Positions 53,717-62,599 of a stretch of 64,000 bases of DNA are shown here, one piece after another; within the stretch, counting starts at the first letter, position 1, and the number at the start of each line of letters is the position of its first letter. The translations under genes and the position numbers were made by a program. This stretch comes from an uncultured Eubacteriales bacterium (GTDB taxonomy: Bacteria; Bacillota; Clostridia; Oscillospirales; Acutalibacteraceae), in contig CASFBL010000017.1 of NCBI GenBank assembly GCA_949292775.1, positions 2,387 to 66,386 of the forward strand, in the 5' to 3' direction. The notes under the pieces were generated by a model that did no database searches, was not told the DNA's origin, and saw nothing but the letters and a program-made list of their open reading frames with translations.

Positions 53717-54247
53717 ATGGATATGAATATGGATGTAAAAGATCTTATTGCTATGCTGAAAAACAAAACCGGCAAGGGCAAGGGGACAAAGAAGGACTCG
53801 CGCGGCGGCAGTTCCTTTGTGAATTTCTTTGAAAAGAATCCAAAGATGAAAATCATCCTGCCTGCGTTCCTGATTTTGATTGCTGTTGCGGTTGCCGTGG
53901 TGCTGATTGTGACCGGCATTCAGACCGAAACCGATGTTGACCCAGATTCGGCGGTCGCCGGTGCGGCAGTCGAGGTTTTGCCAATGCAGGAGCGCACAGA
54001 AGGGGAGACGCTTGCAGACGGCGTAGATCCGTTTGCAGAAGATGTAATCGCCAACGCCAAACTGCGCGGTTTGATTTATAACAGTGACGGTTACTGGACG
54101 GCGATTGTTGACACACAATATGCTTCCTATACACTGCAAGTCGGCGACTATGTTGGTTCTTCGTCTTGGCTTGTTGAGGAGATCACCTCGAACACCGTGA
54201 CCTTCTCTCTCGGGGAAAAGACAAGAACCATTGAAATGAAAACCTGA
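53717..54247 (+). CDS. Bitopic PilP / GspC-HR-like protein
   Basis: The start follows GGAGG. It has a Lys-rich N-terminus and one TM helix. DPFAEDV...LRGLIYNSDGYWTAIVDTQYASYTLQVGDYVGSSSWLVEEITSNTVTFSL has the DPF-plus-beta-sandwich pattern of PilP/GspC HR domains. Confidence 0.5.
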   Translation: MDMNMDVKDLIAMLKNKTGKGKGTKKDSRGGSSFVNFFEKNPKMKIILPAFLILIAVAVAVVLIVTGIQTETDVDPDSAVAGAAVEVLPMQERTEGETLADGVDPFAEDVIANAKLRGLIYNSDGYWTAIVDTQYASYTLQVGDYVGSSSWLVEEITSNTVTFSLGEKTRTIEMKT

Positions 54248-54301
54248 GTTTTAACGGATTTAAACCGGATACAGATTTATTCAGTTTAAGGGGAGAAAAA
54301 T

Positions 54302-56032
54302 ATGAACAGTTCTAAAAAAACACTGAAAGCGGTTCTGGTGTTTGTGCTGGCGGTTTTGCTGCTGTCCAACGCCGTGCTGCCGATGTCCGTCATGGGTTCG
54401 GACAATGACGGTGCTGCCGATTATCAGTATTATTCCGTTAAGTCGGGAGATACGCTGTCACGCATTGCCAAAAACTATGGCGTGACGATCAGTGATATTA
54501 TGACGGCGAACGATTTGTCTGATGCGGACCGCATTTATACCGGGCAAATCATCAAGGTGCCGCTGAGTTCCGCGTCCGGTCAGGGCAGCGCCTTGGTTTC
54601 CTCGCGCATTTCTCTGAATGTGGTGGACGCCAATATTAAAGATGTTCTGTCGGCAATTGCGCTCAATGCAGGCTATACCATTATTTTGGAAGACCCGTCT
54701 GTTTCGTCCACCGTTACCGTTCAGCTGGAGGAAATGTCTCCGCTGAAGGCGATTGATTATGTCACGCGCTTTGTGGACATGACCTATCTAAAAGACGGCA
54801 ACACCATTATGGTTGGCACAGCGGAAGCGCTGAACAGCACCTTTGTCGATAAAACGGTTCTCTCCAAAATAACACTGAAATACATATCTGCTGAAGGGCT
54901 GCAAACGCAAATGTCGGCGCTTGGACTTTCCAATGTGCAGATTGTCAGCACCAATAATAAAGACGAGTTTTATGTTTCCGGTTACCCAAAGGAGCTCGCA
55001 AAAGTTTCAGAGCTTGTCAAGCTGTTGGATGTCAGCTCCAACATTATGGCGGGCGGCGGGCTTATCCCCTCTAATTTCTCGGCGCTGGAGCTTGAACATA
55101 TCACTGCGGAAGAATTCAACGGCCTTTTGGGCAACCTGGGCTTGAGCCAGGGTATCGTGTTGGCTTCGCGCCCCTACACGCTTTACGTGTATGTGACCGG
55201 CGCGAATCTGACGGATATTAAAACCATTAAAAATATTGTGGACAGACCTTTATCCGGCGCGAATCTGACTGCGACAACGCAGCCGTCGGGCAGCGGCGAT
55301 GTTACGGTCCCCGAAACTACAACCGGTTCGCAGGACAGCGGTACGACGGCGCCGCAGGGCGGCTCCGGCGACGGCGGCACAACAACTTCCGGACCGACTA
55401 TTTTGCGCGAAATCCAGTTGACGGTCATTGACCGTGTCGCGGCGGTAGAAATTCTGGAAAGCTTCCCGCTGGAAGTTCAGATTTACGGACCTGAAAAGAT
55501 GACGAAGAAAATTTGGATTGCCGGTACACAGACGCAGGTGGATCAGGCAGAAAGCTATATCCGCCAGTTCGACAGCGAGGAATATGCCTCATCTGTGCTC
55601 AATGACAAGAGCTTCTTTGCTTATCAGCTTCAGAACTGCACGGCGTCAGAAATGCTTGAAAGACTGTCTAACCTGACGCTGGAGGGCGTAACCTTTAAGA
55701 CCAATGCATATCCTGCGGCAACGAAATCCCTGTTGGTTTATTGCGATTCTTATTTGGTAGAGGCGACAAAGGCGCTGCTTGCTGAAATGGATACCACTTC
55801 CACAGGTGAAAAGGCGAACCGCGCAATTGAAGCAACGCCGGATTCTGGTACGGCGCAGGCTCGTATTGATGCGCTCAAAGACCTTTACCCTGAGTTGCAG
55901 AACTATCAGTTCACCTTGAAGACCATTCCGAATAAATCCGGCGAGACCAGATGCATTACCTATGTCATGGCAACTACGGAAGATGCGGATTATATCAAGG
56001 CGCTGTTTACTGAATTGGATACAGCGGCATAA
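54302..56032 (+). CDS. Secreted LysM protein with 5-6 secretin-N/ring-building-motif-like modules and no secretin barrel
   Basis: Signal or anchor peptide, then LysM at aa 43-87 (YSVKSGDTLSRIAKNYGVTISDIMTANDL...GQIIKVP). An N0/STN-like module follows (ISLNVVDANIKDVLSAIALNAGYTIILED...). Repeated ~60-aa modules each end in ..L(L/V)xxxD. A Gly/Thr/Ser linker is present. No VP.LGDIP.LG..F-type secretin motif was seen. Confidence 0.6.
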   Translation: MNSSKKTLKAVLVFVLAVLLLSNAVLPMSVMGSDNDGAADYQYYSVKSGDTLSRIAKNYGVTISDIMTANDLSDADRIYTGQIIKVPLSSASGQGSALVSSRISLNVVDANIKDVLSAIALNAGYTIILEDPSVSSTVTVQLEEMSPLKAIDYVTRFVDMTYLKDGNTIMVGTAEALNSTFVDKTVLSKITLKYISAEGLQTQMSALGLSNVQIVSTNNKDEFYVSGYPKELAKVSELVKLLDVSSNIMAGGGLIPSNFSALELEHITAEEFNGLLGNLGLSQGIVLASRPYTLYVYVTGANLTDIKTIKNIVDRPLSGANLTATTQPSGSGDVTVPETTTGSQDSGTTAPQGGSGDGGTTTSGPTILREIQLTVIDRVAAVEILESFPLEVQIYGPEKMTKKIWIAGTQTQVDQAESYIRQFDSEEYASSVLNDKSFFAYQLQNCTASEMLERLSNLTLEGVTFKTNAYPAATKSLLVYCDSYLVEATKALLAEMDTTSTGEKANRAIEATPDSGTAQARIDALKDLYPELQNYQFTLKTIPNKSGETRCITYVMATTEDADYIKALFTELDTAA

Positions 56033-56043
56033 TTCACAAATAT

Positions 56044-56064
56044 GGGTGCGGGTTTCCCGCACCC
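56044..56064 (+). other. Intercistronic GC hairpin without a U-tract
   Basis: GGGTGCGGG-TTT-CCCGCACCC lies between the LysM-module gene and pilT. Confidence 0.4.
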
Positions 56065-56106
56065 TAAAGTGATTTTCCATACTCAACATAAGGAGTGCAG
56101 ACAGGC

Positions 56107-57204
56107 TTGAATATTACAGGAAAACCCAGCAATTACCCGCACACATTAGAAGACCTTCTCCGCCTGACCGTAGAAAAAGGCGGCTCTGACCTGCATTTGG
56201 TCGCCGGTATCCAACCGTGCATCCGCGTCAACGGCGACTTGCTTCGGCAGGATATGCCGGTGCTGCAGCCGGAAGACATTGAAGTGATGCTGTTTTCTAT
56301 GATGACAGAGGAGCAAAAGCAATCGTTTTTAGAAGAGTGGGAGCTGGACCTTGCACTGTCTGTTCCGCAGTGTGCACGGTTCAGAGGCAATATAATTGTT
56401 CAGCGCGGCACGCTGGCTGCGGTGTTCCGTGCGATTCCGTTTGAAGTGCCGGATTTGGATAAACTCGGGCTTCCGCAGGATGTTAAGCGGCTGTGTAATC
56501 TGCCGCGAGGCCTTGTTTTGGTTACCGGACCTACCGGCAGCGGTAAATCCACAACTTTGGCCGCGATGATTAAATACATAAACGAACGCTATGAAACCAA
56601 TATTGTAACGGTTGAAGACCCGATTGAATTTTTGCACACGCACATCAAATCTACGGTGCGTCAGCGTGAAATCGGCACGGATACCCACAGCTTTGCAAAT
56701 GCATTGCGCACGGTGCTGCGTCACGACCCGGACACCATTATGATCGGCGAAATGCGCGATCCGGAAAGCATCTCTATTGCAATTACAGCGGCAGAGACCG
56801 GGCACTTGGTGTTTTCCACACTTCACACACAGACTGCGCCGATGACCATTTCGAGAATCATTGACTCTTTCCCGGAAGGGCAGAAAGGACAGATTCGCCA
56901 GCAGTTGGCGAACTCTTTGAAAGCGGTTATTTCTCAGCAGCTTATTCCGACCGTGAACGGAAAGGGCAGAGTGCTGGCTGTGGAATATATGACGGATACG
57001 CCATCGGTGCGCAACCTGATTCGTGAAGAAAAAGAGCATCAGCTTTATGCAACTATGCAGACCGCACAGCTGCAGGGCATGCAGACGATGGATCAGGCGC
57101 TTTTGAAGCTCTGCCGCGAGCAGAAAATCAGCAAGGAATCCGTTGTTGAATACTGCGTGGATGAAAAAGAAGTCCGGCGGCTTCTTTCAACAATGGGTTA
57201 TTAA
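56107..57204 (+). CDS. pilT: Type IV pilus retraction ATPase PilT
   Basis: GPTGSGKST (Walker A), Asp and His boxes, and SVRNLIREEK, which corresponds to the PilT AIRNLIRE signature. The start is uncertain: TTG at 56107 follows AGGAG, while the tracked GTG at 56095 overlaps the RBS. Confidence 0.9.
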   Translation: MNITGKPSNYPHTLEDLLRLTVEKGGSDLHLVAGIQPCIRVNGDLLRQDMPVLQPEDIEVMLFSMMTEEQKQSFLEEWELDLALSVPQCARFRGNIIVQRGTLAAVFRAIPFEVPDLDKLGLPQDVKRLCNLPRGLVLVTGPTGSGKSTTLAAMIKYINERYETNIVTVEDPIEFLHTHIKSTVRQREIGTDTHSFANALRTVLRHDPDTIMIGEMRDPESISIAITAAETGHLVFSTLHTQTAPMTISRIIDSFPEGQKGQIRQQLANSLKAVISQQLIPTVNGKGRVLAVEYMTDTPSVRNLIREEKEHQLYATMQTAQLQGMQTMDQALLKLCREQKISKESVVEYCVDEKEVRRLLSTMGY

Positions 57205-57216
57205 GGAGGCGGTTTT

Positions 57217-58419
57217 TTGGCAGCCTTTACATATGACGGCTTAAACCGTCAGGGACAAAATGTGCACGGCGAGGTTGTGGCGGACAATTCCGGCGCCGCA
57301 ATTGAAAAGCTCCGTGAAGCGGGTGTGCTGGTTACCGATATCAGTGAAAAGACGGTTAAACAGGCGCGGCGGCGCGGCGGAAAAAAGGTCACGCTGACAG
57401 ACACTTCCCTGTTCAGTCGGCAGCTTGCCGCCATGCTTTCGGCCGGTGTGCCGGTCACAAGAGCGCTTGCCACTTTGGCGAAGCAGACGACCAACCCCAC
57501 ACTTGCTGCGGCGATTGAAGATATTTCAAAAAATGTTGAAAGCGGCGGCACGCTGGCAGACGCGTTTGCGCAATACCCTAAAATTTTTAATAAGCTTTTT
57601 GTTTCGATGATAGAAACCGGTGAACTGGGCGGTATTTTGGAACAGTCCCTAATGAGCCTGTCTACCCAGTTGCAAAAGGAAAAGAATCTGAAGGATAATA
57701 TCAAGTCAGCTGTTTCGTATCCGAAAAACATCGGCATTTTCGCACTGTTCCTTTTGCTGGCAATGCTGGCGTTTATGGTGCCGATGTTCCAGAAAATGAT
57801 ACCGGCAGATACAGAATTGAATGCGTTGACGAATGCAATTTTCCTTGTGTCCGGCAGCTTGCGCAGTCAGTGGTATCTTTGGCTTGTTTGTGCTGCAATT
57901 CTAATCGGGGTGCTCGTGCTTATCAAACGCAGCAAGCCGGCGCACCAGTTTTGGGAAAACACCAAGCTGCGAATGCCTATGTTTGGTTCGTTTATTACCA
58001 AAATGTGTGTTGCGCGCTTTTGCCGCACGCTTGCAACCTTAATTTCCGGCGGCGTGACTGCGGTGGACGCGCTGCAAAGCGCTGGCCCGACAGCGGGCAG
58101 TGACTTAATTGAAAACGCAGTGAACGACGCCATAGCTGATATAGAAGAGGGCAAGGCAATTTCGGAATCCTTAGATAAAAGCGGACTTTTCCCGCCGATG
58201 GTCATTGGTATGATCGCAATCGGTGAGGAAGCCGGTACTTTGCCGGAGCTGCTTGATAAGGTTGCTGAATTTTATGAAGAAGATGTTGAAGTCACCTCGC
58301 GGAACCTGCGTTCCATGATTGAGCCAATCGCATTGATTTTGGTCGGTGCGTTGGTCGGCGGTATGTTGATTTCACTGTATTTGCCCATTTTCTCGGCAAC
58401 AACTGCGGTGGGTTCATAA
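57217..58419 (+). CDS. pilC: Type IV pilus platform protein PilC (GspF family)
   Basis: Two GspF repeats and three TM segments. The TTG start follows AGGAGG. Confidence 0.9.
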   Translation: MAAFTYDGLNRQGQNVHGEVVADNSGAAIEKLREAGVLVTDISEKTVKQARRRGGKKVTLTDTSLFSRQLAAMLSAGVPVTRALATLAKQTTNPTLAAAIEDISKNVESGGTLADAFAQYPKIFNKLFVSMIETGELGGILEQSLMSLSTQLQKEKNLKDNIKSAVSYPKNIGIFALFLLLAMLAFMVPMFQKMIPADTELNALTNAIFLVSGSLRSQWYLWLVCAAILIGVLVLIKRSKPAHQFWENTKLRMPMFGSFITKMCVARFCRTLATLISGGVTAVDALQSAGPTAGSDLIENAVNDAIADIEEGKAISESLDKSGLFPPMVIGMIAIGEEAGTLPELLDKVAEFYEEDVEVTSRNLRSMIEPIALILVGALVGGMLISLYLPIFSATTAVGS

Positions 58420-58512
58420 CCCCGTTTGCGCGTGCCGTGGCGGCGCGAAACAGATGTTGGCCCCTAAAGCGAAAAAACGGTTTTGGGAGCACGATTACAG
58501 GAGACGGATAAT

Positions 58513-59502
58513 ATGGCAAAGAACAAAAGCATAATCGGATTTGAGGTGGACACCTCTGAAATTCGTGCTGTGGAGCTGACCCGGGTCAACGGGGCATACA
58601 GCGTTTTGGCCTGCGGGAAAATTCCGTTGGAGGATGGCACGGTAGAAGAAGGATTTGTTCGGAATACAGAGGCGTTTTGCAAAGCGCTTGCCGAACTGCT
58701 GCAAAACGGCAGCTTCAAATCCGCAGATGTTGTTGTTGGCGTCAACAACGAAAATGTTATTATGCGTTACGCCTCTTTCCCGAAAATCGCTGAAGATAAA
58801 CTGCGCAACATGGTTCTTTTGCAGGCGCAAGAGTTTATTCCCATTCCGGTGCAGGAAATGGAGATTGACTATGTAATTGCCGGGGAAGATTTGAGCAATG
58901 ACGAGCAGCCCATGATCAATGTTTTGCTTGTCGCGGCGCGCCGCAATATGCTGGAACAGATTATTACGCTTCTGAACACTGCCAAGCTGCAGGTCGTAGA
59001 TATTGACTCGTCGGTGCTTTCCTTGTGCCGTGCGCTCGGAGCTGTCGCGGGCAATAAAAAATATGCGCTTTTAAATTTGACCGACGATATGCTGAATTTT
59101 TTGGTGATTCGCGGGCAGGAAATTTCCATGGTGCGTTCCATCGCTGTACCGGAACGCGCACAGGAAGCTGTTGAGGAACTGTTCCAGGGGACAATCAGCG
59201 GTGAGATTTCCGATGCCGTGCTGTCGGAAGTCGGCGCTATGCTGGCGGCTGAAACCTCTTCTTCTGTCAGTTACTATACCATGCAGAACATGGAAGACCC
59301 GATTGAGCATATCTATTTAGTTTCCGGCGCCGGTAGGACAGATGAGCTTGCAAAAATGATTTCAGATGCTGTTTATACCATCCCGGTGGAGGTTCCCCGA
59401 TTCTATGAAGGGCTGAACCTTGGGCTTGAGCCGGATGTAATTAAGGAATTTGCCGGATGCATCGGCCTTGCCGTGCAGGCATTGGAGGGATACCGTGTTT
59501 AA
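58513..59502 (+). CDS. pilM: Type IV pilus assembly protein PilM (actin-like)
   Basis: Start MAKNKSIIGFEVDTSEIRAVEL. The actin-fold layout is typical of PilM. Confidence 0.85.
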   Translation: MAKNKSIIGFEVDTSEIRAVELTRVNGAYSVLACGKIPLEDGTVEEGFVRNTEAFCKALAELLQNGSFKSADVVVGVNNENVIMRYASFPKIAEDKLRNMVLLQAQEFIPIPVQEMEIDYVIAGEDLSNDEQPMINVLLVAARRNMLEQIITLLNTAKLQVVDIDSSVLSLCRALGAVAGNKKYALLNLTDDMLNFLVIRGQEISMVRSIAVPERAQEAVEELFQGTISGEISDAVLSEVGAMLAAETSSSVSYYTMQNMEDPIEHIYLVSGAGRTDELAKMISDAVYTIPVEVPRFYEGLNLGLEPDVIKEFAGCIGLAVQALEGYRV

Positions 59503-60223
59503 AGTCAGTTTGTTGCCTGCTTCTTACAGAAAACGGCTGGAAGAACAGCAGAAGAAAAATATGCTTGCCAAGGTGGCGCTGATCGTTCTGCTTTGTCTGC
59601 TGATTGTGTTGGGCGGCGTATTTGTAAAAGGACAAATCCTTAACAGCAAGCTCAAAAAGCTTGAGCAGCAAAATGAACAGCTGCGGCAGCAGTTCCCTGC
59701 TCTGCAGCAGTACCAAACCATTTTTAATGATTTACAGGCGGCAAAGCAAATGGTTGAAAGCGTTTCTCCGCAGGACCCGGAAGCGGTAGAGTTCCTGACC
59801 ATTGTTGCCAACCAAACGCCGGATTATATCCAGATTTCAGAAATCAATTTGGAAAATTGGTTTACGGCGGGCGTTTGCACCCTGACTTGCACCTGTATGG
59901 ATTACAGTGACTTAAACGATTATAAGGCGTTGTTTGAAACAGAGGAAATGCAGAAAACGGTCAAGCTTGTGCAGCTGACCAGTGTTACGCGCAAGGTGGA
60001 TGAGGAAGGCAACAAAGCCATCACCTTTACGCTGGCATTAAGCATGTCAAATGCCGTTGAAGTGCCGACAGAGGCGCCGAAGGTCGAGGTTGTGACCAAC
60101 AAGAAGGGCGAAGCGGTCACCAACGAAGAAGGCGAGACGGAAACCACAATTATCACTACAAAGCCGGCAACTACCGAAAAGACGGATGCAAGCACTACGG
60201 CTGCGGCCACCACAGAGAAGTAA
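59495..60223 (+). CDS. pilN: PilN-like bitopic protein with a Thr/Glu-rich tail
   Basis: The GTG start overlaps the pilM stop. The N-terminal VSLLP corresponds to the PilN INLLP motif. It has one TM helix and a coiled coil. Confidence 0.75.
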   Translation: MFKVSLLPASYRKRLEEQQKKNMLAKVALIVLLCLLIVLGGVFVKGQILNSKLKKLEQQNEQLRQQFPALQQYQTIFNDLQAAKQMVESVSPQDPEAVEFLTIVANQTPDYIQISEINLENWFTAGVCTLTCTCMDYSDLNDYKALFETEEMQKTVKLVQLTSVTRKVDEEGNKAITFTLALSMSNAVEVPTEAPKVEVVTNKKGEAVTNEEGETETTIITTKPATTEKTDASTTAAATTEK

Positions 60224-60235
60224 GGGGGATTGGAC

Positions 60236-60844
60236 ATGGCTTTTCGAATCAATGTTAAAACCAAGGCTCCCGCTTCCGGCCTTTCCAAGGGAAAAAATAT
60301 TTTAGAAGATATCCGTGTTTTTGCGGTTTTGATGCTGATTGCCTGTGCCGGCTTGATTGCTTTCATTGTGCTCGGGTTTCAGCATATTGATGACACGAAT
60401 GCGGAAATCAAAAAAGAAATGAAAACCTATCAGGAAAGCCAGCTTTCCATTGCCAATTTGAAGGCACTGCAAAGCAAAAGCGAAGAATATGAGGCACAGC
60501 GCGATGCTTACAATGCGATGATTCCGGAATCGCTCGATCAGCAGCAAATTATGATTGAAATGGAAACCCGCACGGAAAGCATGAACTGTGTTTTGACGGA
60601 TATCAGCTTCGGCAGCGAGAGCGCCGACGAGAAAAAAGGGAATGCTGCGGCTTCAAGCGGGCTGGTTAATCAGATGCAGGTGCAAATCAGCGTGCGCGGC
60701 AGCTATACAGATATCATGCGGCTTGCTGAGAGCTTGGTTACGGATGAAGAGCTGATGCGTGTGGACGCCATTCGCATTACACCAATGTCCCAAAACGGCC
60801 TGAAAGAAGCCCAGATTACGATTATGAAATTTTCAAAGCTTTGA
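60236..60844 (+). CDS. pilO: PilO-like bitopic protein
   Basis: One TM helix, a coiled coil and a C-terminal alpha/beta domain. Called mainly from its position after pilN. Confidence 0.6.
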   Translation: MAFRINVKTKAPASGLSKGKNILEDIRVFAVLMLIACAGLIAFIVLGFQHIDDTNAEIKKEMKTYQESQLSIANLKALQSKSEEYEAQRDAYNAMIPESLDQQQIMIEMETRTESMNCVLTDISFGSESADEKKGNAAASSGLVNQMQVQISVRGSYTDIMRLAESLVTDEELMRVDAIRITPMSQNGLKEAQITIMKFSKL

Positions 60845-60875
60845 TTTTTGATTTCTTACAGGGAGCACGATACAC

Positions 60876-62561
60876 ATGGAAAACGCAGCGTTATTTCCGG
60901 GCAGCATTTGCTCGAGACTCGTAGACGCAGGCATCGTAACGGAAGCGCAGGTGCAGGAAGCGCTGGAAATTCAAAAAACCAGCAAGGCGCTCATCGGCAG
61001 CATCCTGACACAGCTCGGTTATTGTACGGAAGATGATATTGCGCGAACAATGGCTGAGAAAAGCGGCTATCGGTATGTGTCTATCAACGAGAGTGGGGTA
61101 AATGTTGCGGCTGCAAACCTGATTACCCCGGAAATGGCTTTGCGCAACAATGTTTTGCCGCTCTATCAAGAGGGAAAAACGCTGTATGTCGCAATGAAAA
61201 ATCCGAACGACATCATCACCATAGATAATTTGCATTTGATGACAGGGCTGGAAATCTGCCCGTTGGTCGTTGCGGATATGGAGCTTGCCGCGGCGATTGA
61301 AAACTTTGCAAACATGAATTCCTCGGTAGAAAGCTATGACGAGGATGATCTGCCCGACACGCAGGAGGAAGGCGAAGAGCTCTCGCTGGATGACAAACCC
61401 GCTGTGCAGTTGGTCAATCAGATCATCAACAACGCAATCAAAAGCGGTGCTTCCGATGTGCACATTGAAGCGCTTGAGAAAATTTTGCGTGTGCGGTTCC
61501 GCATTGACGGCGTGCTGCAGGAAGTTATGCAAAACCCGATTAAGATTTTTCCGTCTGTTGTCTCTCGTGTAAAGGTGCTCGGCGGCATGGACATCGCTGA
61601 AAAACGCGTCCCGCAGGACGGTCGTGCAACGGTGCGTTACGAAGATAAAACGCTGGATGTTCGTATTGCGACCATGCCCACGGTTTACGGTGAGAAAATT
61701 GTTATGCGTCTTTTGGAACGCAACAAAGGCAACATTTCCATAAAAGATATTCATTTTTCAGAACGGCAGTTCCCCCGGTTCGACAAGGCAATCCATATGC
61801 CTTACGGGTTCGTGCTGGTTACAGGCCCTACCGGAAGCGGTAAATCCACCACGCTGTATGCAACACTGGCCGAAATCAGCACGCTCGAGAAAAATGTGAT
61901 TACACTGGAGGATCCCGTCGAACGGCGGATGGCGGGCATCAATCAGGTGCAAATGAACAACCGCGCCGGCATGACCTTTGCTGCCGCACTTCGTTCTGTG
62001 TTGCGTTCCGACCCTGACATCGTGATGGTCGGTGAGATTCGTGACGGAGAAACCGCAAAAATCGCCGTGGAAGCGGCATTGACCGGGCACATGGTTTTGT
62101 CTACCTTACATACCAACGATGCGGCCGGTGCAGTCACGCGACTGGAAGAAATGGGCGTAGAGCCGTTTTTGACAGCTTCGTCTTTGGTCGGCGTTCTGGC
62201 GCAGAGACTTGTGCGTAAACTCTGCCCGAAATGCAAAGAAGAATATACGCTGACCCGTGAAGAGATGCTCAAGATTTTGCCCGACTTCCCGGTGGAGGAA
62301 TATCCGCAGGAGGTTTACAGGGTTTATAAACCGAAGGGCTGCCTGACCTGTAACAACACGGGGTATAAGGGCCGCGAAGCGGTGTTTGAATTTTTAACTG
62401 TTACCGAAGAAATGAAAAAATTGATTTTGGACCGTGCCAACGGCTCTCAAATCAAAAAGCTTGCCATGGAGCAGGGCATGTTTACGCTGAAAAACGAAGG
62501 TATTTATAAGGTTATGGAAGGCAGAACTTCCATTGAAGAGCTGCTGCGTGTTATTGTCTGA
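60876..62561 (+). CDS. pilB: Type IV pilus extension ATPase PilB (GspE family)
   Basis: N-terminal MshEN-type domain, GPTGSGKST, and the tetracysteine motif CPKC...CLTC. Confidence 0.93.
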   Translation: MENAALFPGSICSRLVDAGIVTEAQVQEALEIQKTSKALIGSILTQLGYCTEDDIARTMAEKSGYRYVSINESGVNVAAANLITPEMALRNNVLPLYQEGKTLYVAMKNPNDIITIDNLHLMTGLEICPLVVADMELAAAIENFANMNSSVESYDEDDLPDTQEEGEELSLDDKPAVQLVNQIINNAIKSGASDVHIEALEKILRVRFRIDGVLQEVMQNPIKIFPSVVSRVKVLGGMDIAEKRVPQDGRATVRYEDKTLDVRIATMPTVYGEKIVMRLLERNKGNISIKDIHFSERQFPRFDKAIHMPYGFVLVTGPTGSGKSTTLYATLAEISTLEKNVITLEDPVERRMAGINQVQMNNRAGMTFAAALRSVLRSDPDIVMVGEIRDGETAKIAVEAALTGHMVLSTLHTNDAAGAVTRLEEMGVEPFLTASSLVGVLAQRLVRKLCPKCKEEYTLTREEMLKILPDFPVEEYPQEVYRVYKPKGCLTCNNTGYKGREAVFEFLTVTEEMKKLILDRANGSQIKKLAMEQGMFTLKNEGIYKVMEGRTSIEELLRVIV

Positions 62562-62599
62562 CGAAAAGCGGCGGCAAAACAACAACGGAGGCGATCCCG

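Noticed and set aside
54302-56032. Calling the LysM/N-domain protein a secretin (PilQ/GspD).
   Set aside because: The C-terminal third shows none of the glycine-rich beta-barrel segments or the VP.LGDIP.LG.LF-type motif. Only N-domain-like modules are visible, so it is described as barrel-less rather than as a secretin.
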